From Deltaproteobacteria bacterium (GTDB taxonomy: Bacteria > Myxococcota_A > UBA9160 > SMWR01): DNA of 38,596 bases. The notes below the pieces were generated by a model. That model did not search any database and was not told the DNA's origin. It saw only the letters and a list, made by a program, of their open reading frames with translations. Position numbers and translations under genes: made by a program. Below are positions 19,313 through 28,945 of this stretch, piece after piece; the stretch's first letter is position 1, and each line of letters opens with the position of its first letter. Where the stretch lies: assembly GCA_032128375.1 (NCBI GenBank), contig JAQBGU010000170.1, forward strand, positions 1 through 38,596. Direction: 5' to 3'.

Positions 19313-21076
19313 GTGGAGACTCCGTTGGCGCGACCGCACGCAAAGATCGCCCTGCCGTGGCTCGTCGCTGCGATTTTGCTGCTTGCACCGCCGAGAAGCG
19401 CCGATGCCAAGGTGCTCGACCTCGGCCCCGTCGCCGGGATTCTCGATCTCAGCGTCGGCTACGGGCTGATGGTCCGCACGCAGGAGCGCGACCTGGACTT
19501 CGTCGGCATCGCAAACGGCGGCAACGCGCCCACGGTCAACATCGACGACGGCAATCTCAACTACGACAAGAGGATCTTCGCGAACGAAATCCGGCTTTCC
19601 GCCGATCTCACGCTCGCCTGGCGCAATTTCGGGGTCTTCATCCGCGGCTTCGGCTTCTACGACTTCGAGACCAAACTGCACGATCGCGAGCGCACCGAGC
19701 TCAGCGGTCGCGCCGAGGACCTGGTTGGTTCGGGCGGCGAGCTGCAGGAGTACTACCTGAGCGGCCACTTCACGCCTGGTGGCATGCCCATTCAGGTTCG
19801 CGTCGGACAGCAGGTTCTCAACTGGGGCGTCGGAACGTTTCTGCGCTTTGGAACGGACATCGTGAACCCGATCGATTTCGTGTCGCTGTTGCGACCGACG
19901 GCGTCGCCGCGCGACCTCTACGAACCGTTGGGCATGCTGTGGATCGCCAGCAACGTGACCGAGCTGATCGCACTCGAGGCGTTCTATCAATATGAATGGG
20001 AGCCGGTCGTCGAGTCGCCCGTCGGCTACTTCTTCTCGGCCGACGACTTGATCGGTGGGGGCGGAACGAACAAGTACGTCACTGGCGGCGGCCGCTTCTC
20101 CGACCAGGGAACCAACCTGGACGACGCCTTCGGCCTTGCGCCCGGAACGCTCGGCTTCGATCCGAACTTCATGCGAGTACCCTCCGCGGGCACCGACGAC
20201 GCGCGCCAGCAGGGCCAATACGGGTTCGCGATGTCGCTGTTGCTGCCCATGTTGAACACCAGCACTGTGCGCCTGTACTTCGTCAACTATCACGCGCGGC
20301 TTCCCATCATCAACGCGATCTCCGCAGATCAGACCGCGATCGACGCCGCCGTCGCCATCGGCGCCGGGAATCCGACGCCCGCCGAGCAGACGATCGCGCT
20401 CGGAACGCTCTCGAACGAGACCCGCTACTTCGCGAGCTATCGGGAAGACATCCGCATGCTCGGGTTTTCGTTCGACGGTGTGTTGCCGTACACCGGAACG
20501 CTCGGTGGGATCGATCTGTCGCATCACTTCAACTGGCCGGCGCAGCAGTTGAAGGACGTGGTCATCGCCACCGCGCTGTCCCCGCTCGCCAACGCAATCG
20601 CCGGAAACTCGCCGGGCCCGATCGCTGCGAACCAACTCGTTTCGGGAGTCGATCAAACGCACAAGACGCAGCTCGCCGTTCAGATCGCGCAAGCGCTCGG
20701 GCCACAGTTCGGAGCCTCGCGCTCGTTCCTGATCGCCAACTTCGGCTGGGCGCACTTCGACGGGCTGTCTCCGAGCCCCGTGTTCACCGACGATTCCTGG
20801 GGCTACTCGCTCACCGGCCTGATGTCGTACGACGGGGTCTTCGGTGGCGTGAACCTGCAACCCTTCGTGAGCTTCACGCACGACGTGTCGGGCACCACAC
20901 CGGGACCCGTGGGCGCTTTCACCGAAGATCGCAAGTCGGCTTCCGTCGGACTGAACGTGGATTGGACCAACCGGATCACTGCGAACCTCACCTACGTGAA
21001 CTTCTTTTCCGGCAAGCCCTTGAACGCCGGAGTGGATCGCGACTTCATCACCTTCAACGTGCGGTTCTACTACTGA
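19313..21076 (+). CDS. DUF1302 family outer-membrane protein
   Basis: Signal peptide; N.DDGNLNY, RVGQQVLNWG, EAFYQYEW, YFVNYHARLP and C-terminal DRDFITFNVRFYY. Start uncertain (19259-19325). Confidence 0.88.
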   Translation: METPLARPHAKIALPWLVAAILLLAPPRSADAKVLDLGPVAGILDLSVGYGLMVRTQERDLDFVGIANGGNAPTVNIDDGNLNYDKRIFANEIRLSADLTLAWRNFGVFIRGFGFYDFETKLHDRERTELSGRAEDLVGSGGELQEYYLSGHFTPGGMPIQVRVGQQVLNWGVGTFLRFGTDIVNPIDFVSLLRPTASPRDLYEPLGMLWIASNVTELIALEAFYQYEWEPVVESPVGYFFSADDLIGGGGTNKYVTGGGRFSDQGTNLDDAFGLAPGTLGFDPNFMRVPSAGTDDARQQGQYGFAMSLLLPMLNTSTVRLYFVNYHARLPIINAISADQTAIDAAVAIGAGNPTPAEQTIALGTLSNETRYFASYREDIRMLGFSFDGVLPYTGTLGGIDLSHHFNWPAQQLKDVVIATALSPLANAIAGNSPGPIAANQLVSGVDQTHKTQLAVQIAQALGPQFGASRSFLIANFGWAHFDGLSPSPVFTDDSWGYSLTGLMSYDGVFGGVNLQPFVSFTHDVSGTTPGPVGAFTEDRKSASVGLNVDWTNRITANLTYVNFFSGKPLNAGVDRDFITFNVRFYY

Positions 21077-22443
21077 TGTCGGGACGATTCGCTGCGCTCG
21101 TGTGTCTGGCCTCGCTCGCAATCTTCGCGGGATCGGCACGCTCCGAAGTGAGCGCCGGTGAAGCGGCGCGCCTCGGCGCCGATCTCACACCGCTCGGCGC
21201 CGAGCGCGCGGGCAACGAGGCCGGCACGATCCCGCCGTGGACGGGCGGCATCACGGCTCCGCCTGCTTCCTACAGCCAAGGCGAGCGACACCCGGATCCC
21301 TACGCCGAAGATGCAGCGCTCTTCACCATCACTGCCGAGAACGCGCACGAACACGTCGAGCACTTGAGCGCTGGCCAGCTCGCGCTGCTCGCCGCCTATC
21401 CGAAGACCTGGCGGGTGAACGTGTATCCGACGCACCGCTCGGCTTCGTATCCGGAGTGGGTCTACGAAGGCATTCGCAGCAATGCGACTTCGGCGCAGGT
21501 CGTGACGACCGGCCGGGGCGGCGTCGAGCACGCCCGCATCAGTTCGCCGTTTCCGATTCCGCAGAGCGCTCTCGAGGTGATCTGGAACCACAATTTGCGC
21601 TGGCGTGGCGTGCGAGTCACCCGCAATGAAGGCGAGACGGCGGTGACTCGATCGGGCCGCTACACGCTGATCCGTTCGATTCAGGACTTCGGCTTCCCGT
21701 ACGCGTCTCGCACCGAGACGGCCTTCACGAAGAGCTACCCGAACGTGCTCGTCGCCATCAAGGAGAAGGTCATCGCGCCCGCGCTGCTCTCCGGAAACGG
21801 CGGGCTCGTCATCGAAACCATCGATCAGAGCAAGGCGCCGCGAAACGCCTGGAGCTACACCCGAACGCTGCGGCGAGTCATTCGCAACCCCTACATCGCC
21901 TACGACTACCCGGCGCCCGACAGCGACAGTCTGCGCACCGTCGACGACGCCTTCCTGTTCGTCGGTCCGCCGGACCGTTTCGACTGGAAGCTCCACGGCA
22001 AGCAGGAGATCTACATCCCGTACAACGCCTATCGCCTGCACGGCGGCGACGTCACGCCCGAGGAAATCCTGCAGCGCCAGCACATCGACCCCGAGCTCGC
22101 GCGCTATGAGCTGCATCGGGTGTGGAAGCTCGAAGCGATCCGCAAGCCGGATGCCGAGCACATCTATTCGCGCCGGATCTTCTATCTCGACGAGGACAGC
22201 TGGCAGATCGGATTGGCGGAGAGCTACGACGACGACGGCAATCTCTGGCGGGTCAACGAGGCGCACGCGCTCAACTTCTATGAGGTGCCCGTGCTGTGGA
22301 GCACGCTGCTCGTCTACCACGACCTCAAGGCGCGGCGTTACACGATCACGGGCCTCGACAACGATCTCAACCCGCCGCTCTTCCGAGAGGGCGGGGATCC
22401 GCGCGAGTTCAACCCGAACGCGCTGCAGTACTACCTGCGCTGA
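21076..22443 (+). CDS. DUF1329 family periplasmic protein
   Basis: LTPLGAERAGN..GTIPPWTGG, VYPTHRS, PFPIP, DRFDWKL.GK and RYELHRVW..H.YSRR.FYLDEDSW; TGATG coupling to DUF1302. Confidence 0.92.
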   Translation: MSGRFAALVCLASLAIFAGSARSEVSAGEAARLGADLTPLGAERAGNEAGTIPPWTGGITAPPASYSQGERHPDPYAEDAALFTITAENAHEHVEHLSAGQLALLAAYPKTWRVNVYPTHRSASYPEWVYEGIRSNATSAQVVTTGRGGVEHARISSPFPIPQSALEVIWNHNLRWRGVRVTRNEGETAVTRSGRYTLIRSIQDFGFPYASRTETAFTKSYPNVLVAIKEKVIAPALLSGNGGLVIETIDQSKAPRNAWSYTRTLRRVIRNPYIAYDYPAPDSDSLRTVDDAFLFVGPPDRFDWKLHGKQEIYIPYNAYRLHGGDVTPEEILQRQHIDPELARYELHRVWKLEAIRKPDAEHIYSRRIFYLDEDSWQIGLAESYDDDGNLWRVNEAHALNFYEVPVLWSTLLVYHDLKARRYTITGLDNDLNPPLFREGGDPREFNPNALQYYLR

Positions 22444-22472
22444 GCTGCGGTGGCTGCCGGCGCGTTTCGGCT

Positions 22473-23705
22473 TCACTCGCCCGCTGCGCTCTTCTCAGCC
22501 AGGTCCGCGCCGATCGCGCGCCACAGCGAGAAGGCGATCTCATCGTTTTCGAAGTCGTCCTTCTGGAAGTCGAGGTCGACCGAGTTCTTGACGATGACGA
22601 GCTGCGCATCCGGGTCGACCCAGATGTTCTGCCCGTAGACGCCGAGCGCGGCGAACTCGTCGTCCGCGCCGCCCGGAATCCACCACTGGTAGCCGTAAAC
22701 CATTCGTGCGCTGGGCTCTTTGCCGGGCATCAAGTGCGGCGCGTCGGGAGTGACTGACGCTTCGACCCACTCGCGCGGCACGATCTGACGCCCGTCGCGC
22801 GCACCGCCGTTCGCATACAGCCAGCCGAAGCGCGCAAAGTCGCGCAGGCTCGCGTTGAGTCCGCCGAAAGCCCACTCGCGGCCGGTCCCGTCGACGAGGA
22901 AGTAGGCGTCGAACTCCATGCCGAGCGGCTTCCACAACTTCTCGCTCGCATAGCTCGCGAGGTCTTGACCGGTGACGCGCACGAGGATCTCGCCCAGCAC
23001 CTGCGTGTCCACGCTCACGTAGTGATTCTTCGTTCCGGACGGCTGCTCGTTGCCGAGCGACGCGGCGAAGTCGAGCAGCGACCCAGTGGCCATCGCCGGC
23101 CCCATCTTGTTGATGTCGGAAAACGGGTCGCCGTAGTCCTCGTTGAAGCGCACGCCCGACGACATCTGCAGCACGTGTTTGATCGGCACGCCGTCGTAGC
23201 CCGAGCCCGCGAGTTCGGGGAGGTAATCGCTGACGGGCGCCATCAGATCGGGAATCAGGCCGTCGCCGACCGCGATCCCGAGGAGCGCCGACACGAACGA
23301 CTTCGAGACCGACCACGCGATGTGCTTGCCGGCCGGCGTGTGACCGTGGTCGTAGCGCTCGTACAGGAGCGTGTCGTCCTGCAGGATCAGCAGTCCGGTC
23401 GTGTCGAGCCCATCCAGAAATGCCTGCGTGTCGAAGGTCTTCCCGCGATGCGTGAAGCTCGCCGGAAACTCGTAGCTGCCACTCGCGAACTCGAGCAGGT
23501 CCCCGCCCGCTTCGATGCGGCGGGAACCGAACACTTCGTCCATGTGCTGGAAGTTGTGGACGATCCGATCGGGGTCGAGGACCTGCGCCATCGTCCACAG
23601 CCGGTCGATTTCGGCCCGATAGAACCACGCTGCGGCTGCCAGCAGCACGAGTCCGATCGCGGCCCAGCGAAGCAGCCGAATGAAGAGTCTGGACGTTGCG
23701 CTCAT
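22473..23705 (-). CDS. Serine hydrolase, beta-lactamase class C / NylB-like
   Basis: WSVSKS (SxxK), LQMSSG, Y.S.DT, GGLNASLRDFARFG and YGYQWW; N-terminal TM/signal. Confidence 0.9.
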   Translation of the reverse strand: MSATSRLFIRLLRWAAIGLVLLAAAAWFYRAEIDRLWTMAQVLDPDRIVHNFQHMDEVFGSRRIEAGGDLLEFASGSYEFPASFTHRGKTFDTQAFLDGLDTTGLLILQDDTLLYERYDHGHTPAGKHIAWSVSKSFVSALLGIAVGDGLIPDLMAPVSDYLPELAGSGYDGVPIKHVLQMSSGVRFNEDYGDPFSDINKMGPAMATGSLLDFAASLGNEQPSGTKNHYVSVDTQVLGEILVRVTGQDLASYASEKLWKPLGMEFDAYFLVDGTGREWAFGGLNASLRDFARFGWLYANGGARDGRQIVPREWVEASVTPDAPHLMPGKEPSARMVYGYQWWIPGGADDEFAALGVYGQNIWVDPDAQLVIVKNSVDLDFQKDDFENDEIAFSLWRAIGADLAEKSAAGE

Positions 23706-23832
23706 CGAGGATTCCTGTCGGATCGCGGGGCCCGTAGGCAGCAACCGGTGTGGAGTGTACCGCGGCACCCCCCAGTCGGTGTGGACATCTGCTCCATTTC
23801 GAGCGAGACCGTTAGTAGAGCGTTAGTTAGTT

Positions 23833-23880
23833 CCTGTTGCGAGCCCTGTTGCGAGCCCTCTTGCGAGCCCTCTTGCGAGA
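23833..23880 (+). repeat. 4 x 12-bp tandem repeat
   Basis: CCTGTTGCGAGC x2, CCTCTTGCGAGC, CCTCTTGCGAGA. Confidence 0.9.
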
Positions 23881-24013
23881 TCCGATCCGGGCAAGAAACT
23901 GCCGATTAGAGGGCGAATTCGAGCGGATTTGCGCAGCGGCCCCTTACATTTCGAGTCTTGTACGGCGACAGTCGCCGGTGTCCACAGGGTTTCAAAACAA
24001 ACAGGGGAACCGC

Positions 24014-24300
24014 ATGCGCGAGAAGATTGTCGCTCAACCCGAGCTCGATTTCGACCCTCGGATGTTGAAGATTACGCAGGAATTTCACGCGAAGTACGAA
24101 CGAATCTCTGAAACTCTCGACCAGACGCCCCTCATCCTGGATCAGGCGCACGCGGATTTGGAGTTGCTTGCGGACGAAGAGAGCCCGGGCGGTCCCGCTA
24201 CGCCACCGATACGGTCCTACGCCTGTGTGTTTGCCAGGTCATTGAAGGCCTGTCGTTGCGAGAGACGATCGTCCGCGTCGATACGTGCGGTGCGCTTCGG
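24014..24300 (+). pseudogene. N-terminal fragment of an ISNCY/IS5-like transposase
   Basis: MREKIVAQPELDF..YERISETLD..LDQAHADL, then in a shifted frame TDTVLRLCVCQVIEGLSLRETIVR; truncated. Confidence 0.55.
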
Positions 24301-24399
24301 AACTCGCCGAAATCCTGATGCGACTACTGAAGAGCTTCCTCGATGACCCCGGCCTCGAACGCAGCGAGGAAGAACTTCATTCGTTCTTGGTTCGCTGGT

Positions 24400-24681
24400 T
24401 GATTCCCGACAAGGCCCCGTATATGTACGGCGCGACACCGGCTGCGGTGAAGGAGAAGACCAACAAACTGCAGGCGATCTGCGAAGCGCACGCCGTACCA
24501 CTGGCTGCGGTTGCGCTGCAGTTGCCTCGCACACCCCGCCGTGTCGGCGGTGATCCCGGGTGCCAGCGCGGCGGAGGAGGCGGTCGAGGCGCAGGAGTTT
24601 CTGCGCTGTTCCGTGCCGTTGGCGGTGTGGGTGACGTTGAAGTCGGAGGTTTTACTGGACGAGCACGCACCCACACCGTGA
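24400..24681 (+). pseudogene. C-terminal fragment of an aldo/keto reductase
   Basis: ICEAHAVPLAAVALQ / LAHPAVSAVIPGA..VWVTLKSEVLLDEHAPTP* with one frameshift. Confidence 0.7.
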
Positions 24682-24835
24682 GTCGCACAGCGGACTTCGC
24701 GGGTTGTACGAGGAGCTGCGACACGAGGTCGGGCGCGGAACGGATCGGGTGGATGCGAGTCGAACGCTGCGGAGTGAAAAGCGCCGATTCGACCGGATGC
24801 TAACTTCGTCGCTGTGTCTTTGCGGGGGGCCGATC

Positions 24836-25153
24836 ATGAAGAGCGTACTTCTCCAGATTGCCGTGATACTGGCGGTTGGCGTGGCCACAGCGCCGGTTGC
24901 GTTCGTCGACGAGGATCGGAGTCCAGCGATGGGTACGCCGATCGCGACGCTCGAGGTTGCGGATCACCTCGTCGTGGTTGCCACAACAGCTTCCGGAGTT
25001 CGCTATTCGGTTGCCACACGAGACGGTCGCTGGCTGGCGGCCGACGTTTCGGCCGACGAATTCGAGGCGACTCTCCCTGTGGTCTTCGAACGAATCCGCT
25101 CGTCCATCGCGCGCTCGACCAACGCCGGCGATTTCGACTGGGCGGGCCCTTAA
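24836..25153 (+). CDS. Small exported hypothetical protein
   Basis: 105 aa with signal-like N-terminus MKSVLLQIAVILAVGVATA. Confidence 0.6.
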   Translation: MKSVLLQIAVILAVGVATAPVAFVDEDRSPAMGTPIATLEVADHLVVVATTASGVRYSVATRDGRWLAADVSADEFEATLPVVFERIRSSIARSTNAGDFDWAGP

Positions 25154-25204
25154 GCGGGTGCGCACGTCGGCCGCAGCACATCCAAGCGTTCGGGGGATCG
25201 CGGC

Positions 25205-26773
25205 GTGGGTCCACAGAATCTACTGAAGACCACTCGACGCATTTTTTTGCGCATGCTCGCAGGGTCAGTCGCTTTGCTTGCCGGGCACAGCGCCGCGCGG
25301 TCGACGGATTCAGTGCCGCAGATCCATCTGGCCACGCGTAACACCGGCTTCGGAGCTGTCGGTCGCCGCACGGGGGACGCGGGTCCCTCGTTCAAGCGTT
25401 ATCCCGGTGAGCGATGGATCGGCTTGCCGATCGCAACGTCATCCGGTCGTTCGCTCGACGACGTGCTGACGAAGTACGCAGCGTCGAAACCGTTTTCCAG
25501 AGGTGAGTTTACGGCTGCAGAGTTGTCGGCGCTGTTGTTCCACGCCAACGGTGTCACCGGTCGCTATCCAATCGGAAAGGGATCAGTCCCGCTGCGTGCC
25601 GCGCCGTCGGCGGGCGCGAACTACGCGGGCGAGGTGTACGTCGTTGCAGAGCGGGTTCGCGGAGTTCCCGCCGGCGTGTACTACTACGGCGTGGGACAGC
25701 ATCGCCTGATCCAATTGCGCACAGGCTCACTCATCGAGCGAGTGAACTCGGCTCTCGAGCAGCCTGACGACAACGCCGCAATCGCGGTGCTGCTCACGAA
25801 CGTGTTCGGTCGATACACCCGCCAGTACGCGAACCGCGGCTATCGGTACGCGTTGATCGACAGCGGTCACATCGGAGAAAACCTGCAGCTGGCCGCACGC
25901 GCGCTCGGGATGGCGGCCATCTCGCCGCTGCGATTCTGGGACGATCGATTCAACGAGCTGTTGCAGATCGATGGGCGGACCGAGGCTGTGTGCGCGGTGC
26001 ACCTGATAGGCCGCGAAAGTCCGGAGCCAGCTCGACGAGCGAACCGCGCGATGCATCTTTCGGAGATCCAGCACGCGGCCGGGGCGGTTGCAGCGGGCCC
26101 GGTCATCGAGCGCTTCCACCGGGCGACGAAGCTGGTCCCTTCCAGCGAGGCCGCCGGTTCCGCCGCGAACGCCGTGACCGTGCGCAATGCCGCCGACGGC
26201 GGTATCGTTCTTCCCCATCCAGAGCCGATGACGAAACGGGTCCACGATGCGATTCGGGAGCGTCGTTCCGCGGAAGACTTTGGCGCGGGTTCCATCACGC
26301 TCGGACAACTCAGTTCGGTACTGCAGGCGGCCGGCAGAAACACCGTGAAATCCGCGGCGCCCATCGTCGAGATCTTCGCCGTCTTGCACCGCGTCGCTCT
26401 GCTCGAACCCGGCGCTTACCGATATTCGGCTGAAACCCACCGCCTCGTCCAGGTTCGCACCGGATCGCTCGCGGACGAAATGGTGGCGGCGTGCTTGAGA
26501 CAGGGAATGGCCGGTAGCGCTGCGGCCGGATTCGTGATGGCGACGCGTCTCGCTGTCGGGGCATCGGAACTCGGCAATCGCGAATACCGGGATGTGCTCG
26601 TCGAGTCGGGCGCCATCGCACAACGCATCTACCTGGCCGCTGAAGCCCTGGGGCTCGGCGCTCGCAACCTCGCCGCGTTCGTCGACGATCGATTCAACGA
26701 ACTGTTGCGCCTCGACCGGCGGCAGCAATTCGCTCTCCATCTGACGATGTTGGGCCAGCTGCCGCGGGGCTGA
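25205..26773 (+). CDS. SagB/ThcOx-type nitroreductase-fold flavoprotein, two tandem domains, Tat-like signal
   Basis: TRRIFL plus hydrophobic stretch; LRAAPSAGANY, GVYYY and YRYALIDSGHIGENL (domain 1); RRSAEDF, GAYRY and YRDVLVESGAIAQRIYL (domain 2). Confidence 0.88.
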   Translation: MGPQNLLKTTRRIFLRMLAGSVALLAGHSAARSTDSVPQIHLATRNTGFGAVGRRTGDAGPSFKRYPGERWIGLPIATSSGRSLDDVLTKYAASKPFSRGEFTAAELSALLFHANGVTGRYPIGKGSVPLRAAPSAGANYAGEVYVVAERVRGVPAGVYYYGVGQHRLIQLRTGSLIERVNSALEQPDDNAAIAVLLTNVFGRYTRQYANRGYRYALIDSGHIGENLQLAARALGMAAISPLRFWDDRFNELLQIDGRTEAVCAVHLIGRESPEPARRANRAMHLSEIQHAAGAVAAGPVIERFHRATKLVPSSEAAGSAANAVTVRNAADGGIVLPHPEPMTKRVHDAIRERRSAEDFGAGSITLGQLSSVLQAAGRNTVKSAAPIVEIFAVLHRVALLEPGAYRYSAETHRLVQVRTGSLADEMVAACLRQGMAGSAAAGFVMATRLAVGASELGNREYRDVLVESGAIAQRIYLAAEALGLGARNLAAFVDDRFNELLRLDRRQQFALHLTMLGQLPRG

Positions 26774-26877
26774 CCTGTTTATCCCGAATGCGATGTTGTG
26801 TCACGCACATCGGGTTCCGGTGGTCGACGACTCGACCCGGGCCGAATCGATTGTCCTTCTGCGACACGGACTACAGC

Positions 26878-27942
26878 CTACGCGACCTCCGCCTCGATCA
26901 CCGCGACGGGTGCCAGTGTCGGCACGATTCGAAGCAGCCGGAGTCCGGCGGAATCCAACAGGTCGCGGAACTCGGCTTCCGAGCGTTGGCGGCCTCCCGT
27001 GCAGACCAGCATGTTGACGTCATTGGCGGCGGCGCCGCGGCTCTCGAGCGACTGGTCGATGCGCGCCGGGTAGACGCCTTCGATGATCAGCAATCTGCCG
27101 TCGGCACCCATCGCAGATCGGCAGTTCACGAGGATCTCGCGGGCCTGCTGATCGTTCCAGTCGTGGATCACGTGCTTGATCACGTAGGCATCGGCACCGC
27201 GGGGCACGCTCTCGAAGAAACTCCCGCCGACCAGCGAGCAACGTTCGGCGATGCCAGCGTCGCGCAGCGCGCCAGCCGCACGTTCGATCACGTGTGGTTG
27301 GTCGAACAGCAGCCCACGCAGCGCCGGGTTGGCATCGAGAATTCCGGCCAGTAGAGCGCCGTTTCCTCCCCCGATATCCGCGACGATCTTGAAAGCCGAG
27401 AAGTCATAAGCGGCTGCAACCGCCGCGGCGGTCTGGGGCGCGAACGTGGCCATCGCGCGATCGAATATCGCGGCCTTCTCGGGATCCTGTTGCATCGTGG
27501 CGAACGGATCGGCATTCGGATCGTCCTTCTTGCATGCCGGCTCTCCGGTACGTACGCAGTATTCGAGTTCCTTCCAGTCGTCCTGAATGTCGACGCCAGC
27601 AAACAGCAGGACCATCGCGCGCATCGAACCGGGAGCATCATCGCGCAGCAGCTCGCCCATGGCCGTGAGCGAGAAGCGGCCCTCCGGCTGCTCTTCGAAT
27701 ACACCCGCGCTTGCGAGGAGCCGCAGCAGCCGGTGCAGTGGCTGCGGCCGGGTGCCGGTCCGCTTCGCGAGTTCGCCGACCGCCAGCGGTCCGTGTTCGA
27801 GCTGGTCGGCGACCCCCAATCGCGCCACCAGGTCCAGCGCGCGAGACAGGTAGTGACCGATGGACAAGCGATACAGGCTGATGTTGGGCGGGGCCGATGA
27901 GGCTTGGGTCGCGCTGTGGGATGCGTTTTCGGCGGATGTCAT
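26878..27942 (-). CDS. SAM-dependent O-methyltransferase (dimerisation + Methyltransf_2)
   Basis: LGVADQL, RLLRLLASAGVF, VADIGGGNG, GGSFFESVP, KHVIHDW and GGRQRS. Confidence 0.92.
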   Translation of the reverse strand: MTSAENASHSATQASSAPPNISLYRLSIGHYLSRALDLVARLGVADQLEHGPLAVGELAKRTGTRPQPLHRLLRLLASAGVFEEQPEGRFSLTAMGELLRDDAPGSMRAMVLLFAGVDIQDDWKELEYCVRTGEPACKKDDPNADPFATMQQDPEKAAIFDRAMATFAPQTAAAVAAAYDFSAFKIVADIGGGNGALLAGILDANPALRGLLFDQPHVIERAAGALRDAGIAERCSLVGGSFFESVPRGADAYVIKHVIHDWNDQQAREILVNCRSAMGADGRLLIIEGVYPARIDQSLESRGAAANDVNMLVCTGGRQRSEAEFRDLLDSAGLRLLRIVPTLAPVAVIEAEVA

Positions 27943-27995
27943 TGGAAGCTCCTGATGGGGAAAGGGTTTGTAGGGCGTGCGGGGATGCCGGAATA

Positions 27996-28036
27996 TTTAT
28001 TAACCATATAGTTAAGTAAAAGATCCGATCTGTCAA
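27996..28036 (-). promoter_or_regulatory. Promoter/operator of the O-methyltransferase
   Basis: TTGACA on the minus strand at 28036-28031; AT-rich palindrome TTAAC-CATATA-GTTAA at 28000-28015. Confidence 0.6.
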
Positions 28037-28153
28037 CTCCCTGCGAGCACCTGATCCGAGAACCCTCCCCAATCAGAAGGTCGGCAGCGGGCGGCACGAC
28101 CCCTGAGTGATTGCGACCGATCAGCACTCCAAATCGAAACCGAAGCCCTCGAC

Positions 28154-28845
28154 ATGATGCTCACGACCGGGTTCCGCGCGGGTGTCGTAGACGACGGTGA
28201 GCAGTTGGTCGAGCGCGCAGACCAACGTGCGCGCACGTCCGACGACCCGACCGCGAGGGCGCGGCTCGGGAATGGAATCGGCTCGTATCTGATGTTCACC
28301 GGCCGACCAGGGCTGGCGATCGAACACCTGCGGGAGACGATTCCTTTCGCCGACGCGTCTCGCGATGCAGACATCTCTGGTCAGCACCTACTACTCGCTT
28401 GGCCCGGCAGGTCAACGAACATTGGTCGGAAGCCATCGAGGTGACCAATCGCGTGCTCGCCGAATCGCCCGGGTACATGCATCCATTCACCGATACTTCA
28501 GCGGGCTGGTAGGACTCGCACAGCCGGAAGCCGCACGGGCTGCGGCGGAATCGCGGTTGGCAATGACCGTCGAGCGGGGGCTTCGAGGTTTCGAGTGCGA
28601 GACTCGGCTGGATATCGCACACGCGTTGACACACATCCCGGACTCCGCGCGACACGTGCATTGAGCGGGAACTCCAGGCCGCAGCGGCACTGATCGACGG
28701 TACCGCTGCAGAGATTCACCGACCCCGCATCCACGAGATCCGCGCCCGTTTGGCGCCGGAGATGCGGGAGCGCGAACTCCGCGAAGCACTGCGTCTCTAC
28801 ACCGAAATGGGATCCGTGCACACGGCGGGTCTGCTTGACCAATAG
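28154..28845 (+). pseudogene. Decayed helical/TPR C-terminal region of a large STAND/cyclase-type signalling protein
   Basis: Frame-broken helical repeats ending RERELREALRLYTEMG..* at 28845; no N-terminal domains. Confidence 0.5.
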
Positions 28846-28945
28846 AAGAACTGGCCACAAGGCGCCCAGCCCTCTCGGCAGCGCGGATTCGCGGCGACAC
28901 GCCTCGCCCCATCGTAGATCCGATCCAGCAGTCGCCCGTTCCCGC

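Noticed and set aside
19996..21075. Apparent 360-aa N-terminal extension of the DUF1329 ORF (similar extensions on the M48, GST and crotonase ORFs)
   Set aside because: These overlap other genes or intergenic DNA; signal peptides, RBSs or stop-start coupling mark the later starts.
19037..21139. 700-aa minus-strand ORF (likewise 4279-5568 +, 9213-10616 -, 21070-22476 -, 29144-30553 +, 34020-35519 +)
   Set aside because: Antisense shadows of well-supported genes, common in high-GC DNA; no motifs of their own.
22473..23705. Beta-lactam resistance gene
   Set aside because: The SxxK fold is shared with esterases and amidases; the motifs fit NylB-like hydrolases better than AmpC.
23833..23880. 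Possible CRISPR array
   Set aside because: 12-bp units with no spacers and no cas genes; the 66-bp repeats are dispersed, not arrayed.
24836..27942. Azole RiPP cluster (small ORF + SagB + methyltransferase)
   Set aside because: No YcaO, E1-like protein, transporter or Cys/Ser/Thr-rich core peptide; the methyltransferase is convergent with its own promoter.
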